In this document: piece after piece, positions 22,401 to 31,271 of the stretch | Numbering within the stretch: the first letter of the stretch is position 1 | Layout of the letters: each line of letters opens with the position of its first letter | Virus record (IMG/VR): IMGVR_UViG_3300020388_000010 | Strand: one strand, 5' to 3' | Source of the DNA: a virus | Taxonomy: Duplodnaviria > Caudoviricetes | DNA length: 64,000 nt | Made by a program: the position numbers and the translations under genes | The notes under the pieces: model-generated | What the model was told of the DNA's origin: nothing | What the model saw: only the letters and a program-made list of their open reading frames with translations | The model's database searches: none

Positions 22401-23810
22401 TATCAAGATGAAGATATTAAGTTCTCACTTTATCGTGCAAAATTTGATACAAGTAAAACATCAAATCTAGTATTAACAAATGATTCAGTAGAAACTAGAA
22501 CATTAAAACAAAATTCATTAGAATCACTTGCAAGTTCTGGTGTAGTAAAAGTTACACATAGAAACCACCATATGTATGCAACAACAAATAATGTTGCAAT
22601 TAGTGGTGTATCGTCTGGAGTTTCAACTACTCTTAACGGTGCTTTTGGTGCCTCTGATACTTCACTAACATTAACTAGTAATACTGGTTTCCCAGGCAGT
22701 GGTTCAGTAAGATTAAAAATTACAGTTCCAAGAGATTCAACTACTGGTGATATTAGAGAAGATGAAATCTTTAGTGGTACTATTTCTGGTTCTTCTGTAA
22801 CCAGTATAACAAGACCTACTGGTGCGATTGCACATAGTTCTGGTGCTGGTATAGAATTATATGAAGTAGATGGAATACCATTAGACCAAATTAATAGAAC
22901 TCATACATCAGTCGGAAATGTAGGAATTGATTCGTATACAATTACAACTGCAAATACACTTGCAACCCAGACTGCAACTGCAACAACAGCTTCAAATGCA
23001 ACCTCTGGTATTAAATTTGGTGATTCAACAACTGTTGTAACTGAAAATGCAATGATGGATGTTATGAAACCACTTGTAAGTAATGTTGAATATCCAAATA
23101 CAAAAATTACTGCAAACATTAGAACAACAACTGCAACATCTGTTGACGGTACACAAACATCATTTAATTTACAATCTACTAGTGCATCTAGACCAATAGT
23201 ATTAGGTAGAAACTATTATTTTGATGTACCAAGAATGATTACATCAACAATTAATGAAACAAACGAATTGAATTCATCTAAATCATTCTTCTTAACTTTG
23301 ACTATGTCTTCAGAGTTTGATAACTTAACACCAGTTATTGATTTAGATAGAGCATCAATCGCAGCTATAACTCATAGACTAAACAATGTTCAAAGTTCAT
23401 CTGATGTATATCCGACTGCATTGTTTGTTCCAGCAACTGAACCAGAAGGTGATAGTTTAGAAGCAATTTATCTGACACGACAAGTTCAAATGAAGAGTGC
23501 AGCCAATCAGATTAATGTAAAATTTGATGCAGTCAGACCAGCAACATCAACTATTGATGTAATGTTTAAAACATTAAGAACTGATGATTCATCAGACTTT
23601 AATGATGTTGGTTATACTTTCTTTAATACAAATGGACAACCAGATATTACTACTAACTCATCTACTACAAGAGATGACTTTATAGAACACGAATATTCTG
23701 CGAAAGACCTTGCAGACTTTAATGCGTTCCAAATCAAAATAAGAATGAGAGGAACAGATTCAACTAACCCACCAATTATAAAAAGATTAAGGGTTGTTGC
23801 AACTGGATAG
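16485..23810 (+). CDS. Large VrlC-like (DUF4815-type) virion structural protein
   Basis: NLNVSPYYDDFD, VQARELT..Q, LARRTYDESG.Y, TMRDIG.LE.RI, DRFKSGF.VDNF, DPLAQSF motifs. Confidence 0.85.
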   Translation: MAQKTNLNVSPYYDDFDTSKNFHKVLYRPGFAVQARELTTQQSILQNQVEEMGRNIFKEGAIISGGEVGMDKQYYAVKVQGTFNTTDITSNISSYVDKVITGATSGVSAKVVGTAAASGDDPITLFVKYLNPDLTGETFVFSNGENLTANGAVGSFIAGQESLTCQSTDATAIGSAVTVAAGTYFVRGIFVNVTEQTLVLDKYGNTPSYRIGFTVTEDLVTPEEDSTLYDNATGTSNENAAGAHRLKISLTLSKLSLTDTNDTNFVEIMRVNLGNVLSASRNTEYAVLGETLARRTYDESGHYIVRDFKPDARETLADGINNGIFESGATTDSGNTASEDLLTLHLTPGKAYVAGYEIEKSHPTFIDIRKPRTTDNVDNAITPVEVGNTIVVENAFGSPDISPETPGSIDEPFMEVSLHDNFTASKVTGTTGGPGRGIETDSILTEDGGKIGVARVRSFDSSANNSTVTDFLSNSADNDSTFNLGLFDIKMFTEIDFSGVVTSSEFAAGAKITGANSGATGFVHSVSSDAVYLTNVNGIFSSGEKTKSSASTQSDEFVHQNGTTTDLTISAIESFDISQVRQVFMNDDDSNQANFSADCTMQNRFTLTGTVSLTRNTNTLVGQNTLFNTELKAGDVLEVPTGAASATEKIVIESVTNNTSATYFCIQGGAVVNTSNTTRSSGTATFTATGAFTATTGSVLSGSGSRTVVFKDHAVNGYNGKATITFASNNTATFPVNSGITTPDTAGTGNSDIVLISTDVTSVGAIRTRTKINDVNKNILLRKTVKKYAKTMLTTDNNGVSQTSYTFKKQFIVTSNASGQIVITAGTNETFNALSNTNYAITILDDGSGGCNDGDIIDIDDMTSAVLAGDSKTATITDTTVFGTSSDCVVKVTATISKTTAQQKNKTNNPAHLVIVDNNGVGGGVQYGTSAHHKEISLGRTDVYKIRAIYESANASTDPLVPQFTGTVSSGTFTKGERIKGTTSGAIGSLINTGPTTFFYVLLSNKNFSDGETFTGLTSGATGTTTVVTASDTVVTSNYVLDDGMRDSYYDISRIIRKTNVDVPIGKLLIVCDHFTHGTGDFFNVDSYSNIDYKEIPTYLATRVDTEQRQPRGRFLLHDSIDFRPTVANDDTISTVTTSSQSLSTERVNDYTFNFAQRNFSAAGSIVSNIPQDNSNFQYDLDFYVGRTDSVFLTKDKQFVVKEGLDVETEITEPPKPLSENEAMKIVDVLMQPYVKEPEQDIFLRIQKNNRFTMRDIGRLENRIERLEDYTTLNLLEAETENFQVLDANGFDRFKSGFVVDNFTGHKTGDVSHQDYSCAIDYENRTLRPKYSMKNVALIEQNEDSTARANDGYSKIGDQCMLPFTSVETVGNKFATRVESAQAAYFFAWVGVLELDPSGDEWFEVNKLPQIVINLEGNFDQILQAAGGEDALGTIWNAWETISSGVIGQTSNGWGRGGLWELVLTDQVRNGTRTFVTEVNDHKPIGNELIRQDVVPFIRSRNVTFRASKMKPKTRVYPFFDRQYIGDFCVPDGGKPGGTLTTITLPETPNWTAIGKIRFGYDNNDTAHDYVAKIMSSDSEYGFNTVGQFSLHTTINISRNSNAFYTYDFTTAAEGVVGPNIQGEKFWRIQIERAEDPIHTCAGHRLYGVEFFNADATTNIDLTQFCSVVQFQNLTNPSATIDGIVPPVGAETPGTPRDSVLQITYNLFTGTRTQTPESGTVQKLLPPGEDGNNFITGPTGSISGVFSIPDPNAPGNPAFKTGERQFRLTSSRINEADDVNLEGVETYAEGIYTARGFLNTIEETVTRTRNGQLFQEEVFESRSFQHRGRTLIQPWDPLAQSFIVDSVGGEFITKVDLYFQEKDERVPVTVQIREMRDGYPTEKLLPLASKTLESSEILLSDNATTATTFEFESPIYVADHSEYALVIKTDSRDYKLWISKLGDADIDTGTIVNDQPYLGVLFKSQNNRTWNAYQDEDIKFSLYRAKFDTSKTSNLVLTNDSVETRTLKQNSLESLASSGVVKVTHRNHHMYATTNNVAISGVSSGVSTTLNGAFGASDTSLTLTSNTGFPGSGSVRLKITVPRDSTTGDIREDEIFSGTISGSSVTSITRPTGAIAHSSGAGIELYEVDGIPLDQINRTHTSVGNVGIDSYTITTANTLATQTATATTASNATSGIKFGDSTTVVTENAMMDVMKPLVSNVEYPNTKITANIRTTTATSVDGTQTSFNLQSTSASRPIVLGRNYYFDVPRMITSTINETNELNSSKSFFLTLTMSSEFDNLTPVIDLDRASIAAITHRLNNVQSSSDVYPTALFVPATEPEGDSLEAIYLTRQVQMKSAANQINVKFDAVRPATSTIDVMFKTLRTDDSSDFNDVGYTFFNTNGQPDITTNSSTTRDDFIEHEYSAKDLADFNAFQIKIRMRGTDSTNPPIIKRLRVVATG

Positions 23811-23813
23811 AAT

Positions 23814-24056
23814 ATGTCAGAAATATCAGAATTGAAAGTAAAGGATAAAGACCATTTAGTAAGAGATACTTACTCTGGTGCAATATTAAATACAGATGAA
23901 AGTGCATTTAATAAAATTAGAAAAAGAAGAATGGAAGCACAAAGACAAAGAGATGAATTAAGAAACGCAGTTCGTGAGATAAATACTATTAAGTCAGAAA
24001 TGCACGAAATGAAAAGTATGATGAAACAAATGTTAGAGAAGAGCAATGGCAGATAG
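23814..24056 (+). CDS. Hypothetical coiled-coil protein
   Basis: LVRD..SGAILNTD followed by a heptad-like helix; directly after VrlC-like gene. Confidence 0.7.
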   Translation: MSEISELKVKDKDHLVRDTYSGAILNTDESAFNKIRKRRMEAQRQRDELRNAVREINTIKSEMHEMKSMMKQMLEKSNGR

Positions 24057-24387
24057 AAGCGTATTAGCATCAAATTCGTTTGAAACTTTTAGAACGACAT
24101 TTAACTCAACTGCGAGTGATGTTGGTGATATCGCAAACTTACTAGCTGCAACTGGTACTATTGCATCTTCAACAGATGTAGTAGAAGCGATAGTAGCACT
24201 AAATGCTGTTGCCTTTGATGCAACTGCAAATATTTCTTTTAGTGGTAATAATACATTTTCTGGTAGTAGCACTTTTGCTGGTGTAACATTAAGTTCTGGT
24301 GCATTAACATTTGCTGATGGAACTTCACAATCAACAGCTGCAACAACACAAGGGTTTGCGATTGCAGTCGCAGTTGCACTTGGATAA
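24046..24387 (+). CDS. Short fibre/adaptor ending GFAIAVAVALG
   Basis: FE.FR..FN N-terminal motif and hydrophobic C-terminal peptide. Confidence 0.6.
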   Translation: MADRSVLASNSFETFRTTFNSTASDVGDIANLLAATGTIASSTDVVEAIVALNAVAFDATANISFSGNNTFSGSSTFAGVTLSSGALTFADGTSQSTAATTQGFAIAVAVALG

Positions 24388-24406
24388 ATAATAGAGAGAA
24401 ATACAT

Positions 24407-25003
24407 ATGGCAAATAATTTTAAAAATTCATTCGTAAGTGTAACTACTGCTGGAGAATTTTATCAGTCTGATGCATCTGATTCTTTGACAGGCCCACAAA
24501 CAGTTTATACTGCAAACAATGGTTCTGGAGTAAATTCAATTCTTATTGAGTTAGATGCCGCCAATACTGGTGGTAGTGCAATAACAGCAACTGCATATCT
24601 TCAAGACACTAGTGCAACATTAGGTACAATTTCAAGTGTGGTATCAACAAGTGATACTGCAACGGTTACTTGTGGTACTGCACACGGATTACAAACTGGT
24701 ATGTATGTTAATGTAACTGGTTCTACAACAAACTATGTTAATGGAATTTACAAGATTACAAAAACTGGTGCAACTACATTTACATATGCACAAAATACAA
24801 GTGCATCAAATGGAACTGCAGCTGGTACGATTGTAATTTATAAAGCATTTCATATTGTAAAAGATGCACCTATTCCACCACAATCAACTTTAAAAATTGT
24901 GTCTGGACAAAAAGTAGTTTTAAATAATGACGATAAAGTTTTAGTTTATGGTAGTGCAGCTACATTAGATGTTGTTGCATCAATACTTGAAGATGTAACT
25001 TAA
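24407..25003 (+). CDS. Virion structural protein (MANNFKN type) with an inserted HGL..G beta domain
   Basis: MANNFKN start, KVVL...D and ASILE end. Confidence 0.6.
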   Translation: MANNFKNSFVSVTTAGEFYQSDASDSLTGPQTVYTANNGSGVNSILIELDAANTGGSAITATAYLQDTSATLGTISSVVSTSDTATVTCGTAHGLQTGMYVNVTGSTTNYVNGIYKITKTGATTFTYAQNTSASNGTAAGTIVIYKAFHIVKDAPIPPQSTLKIVSGQKVVLNNDDKVLVYGSAATLDVVASILEDVT

Positions 25004-25015
25004 TGGAGTTTGTAA

Positions 25016-25816
25016 ATGGCATATATAGGTAGTCCATTTTTAAATATTCCAGCAAACACATTTGCAAAAGAAGACTTTGTAGGTTCTGATGCTGGTACAA
25101 ATAATAGCATTGCAAATTCAGTTGTTCTTTCACGAGAAGTGCCTGGACTTAACGCATCTAATGTAGAAGTATTTGTAAACAATATTAGACAAGAACCAGA
25201 TGTTGCATATTTTATCAAAGATGATGCAAACGGTGTTCCAAAGATTTTAGAATTTTCTGAAGCATTAGCTGGAAGTGATGAAGTTTATATTATTCATAAA
25301 GGTTTAGGGCCTGGTACAGAAAAAAGTGCTATTGCAGCTGGTTCTATTACTGCATCTCTTTTAAACGACACTTTAAAAACATTTACACTAGATACTTTCA
25401 CTGGTGATAATTCAACAACTGCATTTGTAACATCATCAACAATTTCATCTGCAAATTCTTTATTAGTAACGATTGATGGTATTGTTCAAAAACCGTCAAC
25501 AAACTATTCTACTTCTGGTGCAACTGTTACATTTACATCTGCCCCAGCTGCATCTGCTGAAATAGAAGTTAGAGATTTAGGAATTAAAACATCAGTAAGA
25601 AGAGGAACTGGTTTTAATTTAGACACACTTACTGTAAGTGGCAGTTCAACAACCACTATGACATTATCACACGAAGTTTTAGTGAATGATGTATTTATTT
25701 TTATCAATGGAGTTTGTCAAATTCCAACATCTGCTTATTCTGTAAGTGGTACAACCGTAACATTTGCATCTGCATTATCTGACGGTGATGTTGTAGTTGC
25801 AAGATACCAGAGATAA
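25016..25816 (+). CDS. Second MAYIG scaffold protein with three repeat domains
   Basis: MAYIG start; V.VN..RQEP / V.IDG.VQ.P / FINGV.Q.P repeats. Confidence 0.7.
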   Translation: MAYIGSPFLNIPANTFAKEDFVGSDAGTNNSIANSVVLSREVPGLNASNVEVFVNNIRQEPDVAYFIKDDANGVPKILEFSEALAGSDEVYIIHKGLGPGTEKSAIAAGSITASLLNDTLKTFTLDTFTGDNSTTAFVTSSTISSANSLLVTIDGIVQKPSTNYSTSGATVTFTSAPAASAEIEVRDLGIKTSVRRGTGFNLDTLTVSGSSTTTMTLSHEVLVNDVFIFINGVCQIPTSAYSVSGTTVTFASALSDGDVVVARYQR

Positions 25817-25818
25817 AT

Positions 25819-27504
25819 ATGCCATTAACAACTATCAAATCATCAAACATAAAAGACGCTGAAGTAAAAAATGCAGACATTAGTCCAACTGCTGGTATTG
25901 CAGAATCTAAAGTTGCTGGATTAGATGCAGCTCAAATTAGTACAAACGCATTTAATATTGGTGTCTTAGGTTTTAAGATGGCAGTAAGTGAAGGACTTAC
26001 TGTTTTCAATTTAATTGATGGTATTGTTGATGAATTCAACAATGAAAGTGGTATAGACACATCAGAAAATGTAACTTCTAGTTATGATTCTAGTTCAGAT
26101 TTCTATTCAAATTTAGATGGCCCTAATCCTATTCCAACTCCACAAGCATCTTTGACTCAAATTACATCAAGTGGGCCTGGTACATATAGTGTTGAACCCA
26201 CAACAACTGTCGTTAAAGTTTTTGCTGTTGGTGGTGGAGGTGCTGGTGGTGGTTCTGGGCCTGGTAATGGAGGCGGTGGCGGCGGAGGTGCTGGTGGTGT
26301 ATTTTTAGATGCTGATGTTCCAGTAACTGGTGGTGCTGGTGTTGCAGTAAATGTTGGTGCTGGTGGTGAGGGTCATTTTGTACCTAATCATCCATCTTAT
26401 CCAGCAGTTGGTTCTGCACATCCTTCAAGACCTTCAGAGTGGGTAACTTACTCACCATTCTCTGCTGAGCCTGGTACTCACTCAAAACCTGGCGCTGATA
26501 CAACTTTTGGCCCTACTGTTTTAGCAGAAGGTGGTGGAGGTGGTGGTCACGGATATCAAGGAACAAGTGAGGGTGCATCTGACCCAGCATTTCCTGGCCA
26601 AGAATTAGTAGATGGATTGCCTGGTGGTTCTGGTGGTGGTGCTGGATATTCTGAAGGTACAATAGGTGAGGGAGAAACTGGAGAAAGTAGACACCCTGCT
26701 GGAGATTTAGCACAACAAGGATTTGACGGTGGTATATTTTATGGTTCTGGGCCAGGTTATGGTGGTGGTGGCGGTGGTGGTGCTGGTCAACTAGGTGAAG
26801 CTGCAAGTGGTTCAGAAGGTGGAGAAGGTGGTAATGGCATACAAGTCGGCCCTGCTAATCCACAATTAAATTGGATGCCTGCTGGTTACGGTTTTGATAC
26901 TGGTGAATATATTGCTGGTGGAGGAGCTGGAGGAGAATATGCCCCTGGCGCTTTAAATAATGGTGGTTTAGGTGGTGGTGGTGATGCAAATCATTTTCCA
27001 CAAGCAAGTGGTATAAGTGAACCAGCTGTAGAAACAAGAGGTGAAGATGGTGATGCAAACTCTGGTGGAGGTGGTGGTTCATTTGGTGGTGGGCCAGGTG
27101 GTAGCACTCCAGATAAAAGAGGTGGTCTCGGTGGTAGTGGACAAATAGTTGTATTAGAAATGGAGTCATTAGCCACATCTGCAAGTAGCACATTAGTATC
27201 AGATACATTTACTGCAAACTCAACACCAACTAAAGCAAGAATAGTTTTATTTGCAGAAATAAGTGATGATTTAAATACAGATGTGTCAGTTTCTGCAACC
27301 AGAGATAACACTAACTACGATGCAATCACATTAACAGATACTGGTTATGTAAGTGGTAGTAGTGGTACAAAAGTATATTCTGGTTCTACTACATTAACTG
27401 GAGCTGCACCTGGCCAACCTCAAGTACAAGTCCGTTGGAAAATTGTTGGAAGTAATCAAACTGCTGAAAATAAAATACACGGTGTTGCGTTGCAGTGGAA
27501 ATAA
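25819..27504 (+). CDS. Glycine-rich adhesin-like protein, paralogue 1
   Basis: Conserved FNIGVLGFK...DEF N-block and SDTFTA...HGV.LQW C-block flank polyglycine tracts. Confidence 0.75.
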   Translation: MPLTTIKSSNIKDAEVKNADISPTAGIAESKVAGLDAAQISTNAFNIGVLGFKMAVSEGLTVFNLIDGIVDEFNNESGIDTSENVTSSYDSSSDFYSNLDGPNPIPTPQASLTQITSSGPGTYSVEPTTTVVKVFAVGGGGAGGGSGPGNGGGGGGGAGGVFLDADVPVTGGAGVAVNVGAGGEGHFVPNHPSYPAVGSAHPSRPSEWVTYSPFSAEPGTHSKPGADTTFGPTVLAEGGGGGGHGYQGTSEGASDPAFPGQELVDGLPGGSGGGAGYSEGTIGEGETGESRHPAGDLAQQGFDGGIFYGSGPGYGGGGGGGAGQLGEAASGSEGGEGGNGIQVGPANPQLNWMPAGYGFDTGEYIAGGGAGGEYAPGALNNGGLGGGGDANHFPQASGISEPAVETRGEDGDANSGGGGGSFGGGPGGSTPDKRGGLGGSGQIVVLEMESLATSASSTLVSDTFTANSTPTKARIVLFAEISDDLNTDVSVSATRDNTNYDAITLTDTGYVSGSSGTKVYSGSTTLTGAAPGQPQVQVRWKIVGSNQTAENKIHGVALQWK

Positions 27505-27507
27505 ATT

Positions 27508-29277
27508 ATGCCAAATCCCTTAACTGGTTTAACTCAGATAAAATCAACTGACATCACAGATGGAACTATCACTGATGCAGACATATCACCTAGTGCAAGT
27601 ATCACATCTACAAAAACTGAAATTGATACCGATTTAGCAGACACAAATACACCTTTCAATATTGGTGTATTAGGATTTAAACACGCAGTCAATGAAGGTT
27701 TGACAATATTTAATTTAGTAGATGGTATTGTTGATGAGTTTAATAGTGAAGGTGGTATAGATACTTCAGAAAATTCAAACGCAGTATATAATTCTTCTTC
27801 AGATTTTTATGCAAATACAAATCCAAATCAACCTTTACCCTCTCCATCAATACAAAGAACATCTATTACTGATACTGGTTCTGGAACTTACTCAGTAGAA
27901 CCTACAACATCAGCAGTTGATATTTTAGTTATTGGAGGAGGTGGTTCTGGTGGTGCTGGTGGATATAATAATACTGCTGGTGGTGGTGGAGGTGCTGGTG
28001 GTTTAATATTTTATGAAGATTATCCAGTAACTGGTGGAACAAGTATTCCAGTATCAGTAGGTGCTGGTGGTAGAAGTGCTGGAGGAGGTGGCCCTCTTGG
28101 AGTTGCATCATCTGGTTATGAACCATTTCAACCACAAAGATTTACTTGGGCTTACGACCCAATGCCAGAAACTCCCGTTCAACAACTTTATTCGCCAGGC
28201 GAAAAAGGTACAGATTCAGTTTTTGGTTCAGCTCCAGCGTTAGTTCTAACTGCTGAGGGTGGTGGTGCTGGTGGTGGATATTATCACGAAGGTTATGTTG
28301 GAAGTTTAGAACACACACAAATACAAGGTGGTAGTGCTGGTGGAACTGGTTCTATAAATAATGCCCCAGTAGTTCCAGCTGCTGAACACGCATCAACTCA
28401 AACAACAAATCATCCAGTTCCTGGCTTATCAAATGACCCTTTGCCTGGAACTCCTATAAATGCACGAGGTGCTTTTGGTAGTGCTGGTGGATTAGGTTTT
28501 CATACTGGCCCACAAAGTCAACTTGCAAACTCTGGTGGCGGTGGAGGAGCAGGAGCAGAAGGTGGAGATGTAACATCACCTCAAGGACAAAGAGGTGGTG
28601 CTGGTGGTATAGGTTTAAATTATAATATTGCAGATGGTTCAACACCAGTAGGTTATGCTGGCGGCGGTGGTGGAGGTGGTGCTGATACTGCACCTCCTAG
28701 TGAAAGTGTTCCTTATGGTGGTGGAGTAGGACAAGTAACAACTAATCAAGCATCTGCACCTTGGGCTCCAACACCAAGTCCATATAGTCCTTTCGTTACA
28801 GGCACAGAGGGTTTCTTTGGAACTGATGCAGTTGTAAATACTGGTGGTGGTTCTGGTGGTGGTCATATGGAAGGCCCTGCTCCGGCAAGCACTGGTGTAA
28901 GTGGTATTGCTGGTTCTGGTATTATTGTTGTTGCAGAAAGTAAAGGTGATATTGCTAACTCTAGTATGACTTTAATATCTGATACATTTACTGCAAGTTC
29001 AACACCAAGTAAAGCAAGACTTGTATTGTTTGCAGAAATAGGAGATGATTTAAATACCGATATCAACGCATCAGTAACAAGAGATAATACAACATTTAAT
29101 GCAGTCACACTAACAGACGAAGGGTTTCAAGCAGGAAGTTCTGGTATAAAAATATTTACTGGTAGTACACCTTTAACTGGTACTGCAAGTCCTCAAGTAC
29201 AACTTAGATGGAAAATTGTTGGAAGTAACCAAGTTAATACAAATAAAATTCACGGTGTAGCCCTCCAGTGGGCATAG
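27508..29277 (+). CDS. Glycine-rich adhesin-like protein, paralogue 2
   Basis: Same N- and C-blocks and glycine tracts. Confidence 0.75.
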   Translation: MPNPLTGLTQIKSTDITDGTITDADISPSASITSTKTEIDTDLADTNTPFNIGVLGFKHAVNEGLTIFNLVDGIVDEFNSEGGIDTSENSNAVYNSSSDFYANTNPNQPLPSPSIQRTSITDTGSGTYSVEPTTSAVDILVIGGGGSGGAGGYNNTAGGGGGAGGLIFYEDYPVTGGTSIPVSVGAGGRSAGGGGPLGVASSGYEPFQPQRFTWAYDPMPETPVQQLYSPGEKGTDSVFGSAPALVLTAEGGGAGGGYYHEGYVGSLEHTQIQGGSAGGTGSINNAPVVPAAEHASTQTTNHPVPGLSNDPLPGTPINARGAFGSAGGLGFHTGPQSQLANSGGGGGAGAEGGDVTSPQGQRGGAGGIGLNYNIADGSTPVGYAGGGGGGGADTAPPSESVPYGGGVGQVTTNQASAPWAPTPSPYSPFVTGTEGFFGTDAVVNTGGGSGGGHMEGPAPASTGVSGIAGSGIIVVAESKGDIANSSMTLISDTFTASSTPSKARLVLFAEIGDDLNTDINASVTRDNTTFNAVTLTDEGFQAGSSGIKIFTGSTPLTGTASPQVQLRWKIVGSNQVNTNKIHGVALQWA

Positions 29278-29290
29278 AATATATATTATT

Positions 29291-29803
29291 ATGAAGATAT
29301 TTAAACAGAAATACAAAACCCCATCAAAAGAAGAATTTCCTCCAATCATAAGTTATCACGATAAAAGATATAATGGTACAATGGTTGATGAACAAGGTCG
29401 TTTCTATACAGTAGAAGATGAAACACAAAGATTGTTTCGTTGGGAACGAATGATTCGTAAAAAAGAAAGACAAAAAGAACAAATTAAAACTTGGATTGCA
29501 ATCAAAGAAGGAACATATCATAAAAAAAATTATTATATGAGTAATAATACTAATAAACAACATTTTCACTGGAATAAAATGCCTAAACCTAAAACTGGTG
29601 GTAAACTATCTAGAAAATTAGATGGTGGTTGGGTAGAAGAATATAAACCAGTAAAATCTACACGATTACATAAATGGTTAGAAAATGCAAAAGAGGGAAA
29701 AGTTTTTAATGGACAAAAACACAGAACAAAACAATGGTTAATAAAACCAACTAGTGCAGATGTTGACCAAATTAAAAACCCTATTGACATTGAAAAAAAA
29801 TAG
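29291..29803 (+). CDS. Lys-rich hypothetical protein
   Basis: 170-aa ORF filling the gap; no recognisable motif. Confidence 0.55.
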   Translation: MKIFKQKYKTPSKEEFPPIISYHDKRYNGTMVDEQGRFYTVEDETQRLFRWERMIRKKERQKEQIKTWIAIKEGTYHKKNYYMSNNTNKQHFHWNKMPKPKTGGKLSRKLDGGWVEEYKPVKSTRLHKWLENAKEGKVFNGQKHRTKQWLIKPTSADVDQIKNPIDIEKK

Positions 29804-29811
29804 TGTATAAT
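29784..29811 (+). promoter_or_regulatory. Sigma70-like promoter TTGACA-N16-TATAAT
   Basis: Perfect hexamers just upstream of the ATG at 29831. Confidence 0.7.
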
Positions 29812-29830
29812 TATTAAAAGGTGAAAAATT

Positions 29831-30490
29831 ATGAATACATTTACAGACTCAGAGATTGATACTCTGGAACTTCCTAAAAAAGAGGAAGAAAAAAAAGAAG
29901 AACCCCAAGAAAAAAATATTGTTGAACCAGATGATAAAAATATTGTCAAACTGGTAGGTAATAAAAATATAGTTTCTATATTAACATCACAGTTTTTTGC
30001 AGAAAAAGAATGTGATGCAATAGTAAAAGAAACAGTTAAAGAATTATGGGTTGATAGTTCATTAAAAGGTGTGAGAAAAGCAACACAACAATCTTTACCT
30101 ATGAACGATAAAGGTTGGCCCTATACTAAAGTGTTAGAACTTGCACAACAAGCTAATGATAAAAATTTTAAAATGCAACTTGCTGGTTTTTATCAAGCAG
30201 ACAATCCACAAATAGTTTGTTATAAGAACAAAAACTTCTATAATTATCATTTAGACATTGGAAACAATGCACCATTTAGAAAATTAACTTTTATTATTCA
30301 ATTATCTGACACCAAAGATTATGATGGTGGGCATATTGAATTAATGAATATGACTACGGATAATAAATTATTTAGACAAAAAGGTCAAATAATTATATTC
30401 CCATCTTTTGTTCCTTGGCGTGTTACTAAAGTTACAAAGGGTGTAAGAAATTGTATTGAGGGTTGGTTACACGGCCCAAGTTATGTATGA
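29831..30490 (+). CDS. 2OG-Fe(II) oxygenase (PKHD-like); distal His replaced by Trp
   Basis: YHLD, RKLT..IQLS...YDGG, FPSFVPWRVT.VTKG.R. Confidence 0.8.
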   Translation: MNTFTDSEIDTLELPKKEEEKKEEPQEKNIVEPDDKNIVKLVGNKNIVSILTSQFFAEKECDAIVKETVKELWVDSSLKGVRKATQQSLPMNDKGWPYTKVLELAQQANDKNFKMQLAGFYQADNPQIVCYKNKNFYNYHLDIGNNAPFRKLTFIIQLSDTKDYDGGHIELMNMTTDNKLFRQKGQIIIFPSFVPWRVTKVTKGVRNCIEGWLHGPSYV

Positions 30491-31233
30491 CATTTAATAA
30501 ACTCGCACAAGAAGTACCATTAAATAATAGGGGAAAGATAACATCTGAGATATGGTTTCCTACACTATTTCATTTTAAAGATATTTTAGATTATCAAGAA
30601 AGAAATAAAAAATGGTTAAAACATATCTTCAAATGGAGAGATGATGACAATAGAGGTATTGTTCGTTCTAACTCAAGAGGTTGGCATAGTGCAGTGGATA
30701 TGCATATGCGAGAAGAATATGAAGATTTAGGAAAAGAAGCACTTAAAATAGGTTTGAGAATACAAGAAATAATGGATTTAAATCCAGACACAGAACCAGT
30801 CATTGATAATATGTGGGCGAATGTTTCTCAGTTTGGTGCTCATAATCGTAATCATACTCACCCAGGCTCACATTTTAGTTTTGTTTACTATTTACAATCT
30901 CCAGAAAAATGTGGAAGTATATGGTTCTCTGACCCAAGAGCACAAGCAATCGCAGTTCAACTACCATATAATCCAAAAAAACAGAGAGTAAGAGAAACAC
31001 TTAATGAAGTATATTGGGCTCCAGTTCCAGGCAGATTAATTATGTTTCCATCTTGGGCAGTACACGAAGTAGAACCTAATTTATCAGAACTAAAAGGTAA
31101 AAAAGGTCTAAGAGTAAGTGTTTCTGGTAATTTATCTTTTCACATAAAAAAAGGTCTTAAATTTAAAGACGAAAGAGAAGGACACGATGCGAAAGGTTTT
31201 CTTACTATGAAGGGTGCTGAAAAACGAACATAA
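30487..31233 (+). CDS. Putative 2OG-Fe(II) oxygenase (TIGR02466-like)
   Basis: FPT, WAN, H.HP, S.VYY, F.DPR, FPSW..H.V.PN, R.S.S.N; start at ATGA overlap. Confidence 0.85.
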   Translation: MTFNKLAQEVPLNNRGKITSEIWFPTLFHFKDILDYQERNKKWLKHIFKWRDDDNRGIVRSNSRGWHSAVDMHMREEYEDLGKEALKIGLRIQEIMDLNPDTEPVIDNMWANVSQFGAHNRNHTHPGSHFSFVYYLQSPEKCGSIWFSDPRAQAIAVQLPYNPKKQRVRETLNEVYWAPVPGRLIMFPSWAVHEVEPNLSELKGKKGLRVSVSGNLSFHIKKGLKFKDEREGHDAKGFLTMKGAEKRT

Positions 31234-31244
31234 TCTCTTTTTAT

Positions 31245-31252
31245 TATAAATA
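31245..31252 (+). promoter_or_regulatory. T4-type late promoter TATAAATA
   Basis: Exact consensus before gp13. Confidence 0.85.
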
Positions 31253-31271
31253 GTTATAAAAAGGATTAGTT

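Noticed and set aside
28353-28360. TATAAATA inside adhesin paralogue 2
   Set aside because: Mid-gene, about 900 nt from the next start and absent from the paralogues; probably chance in AT-rich DNA
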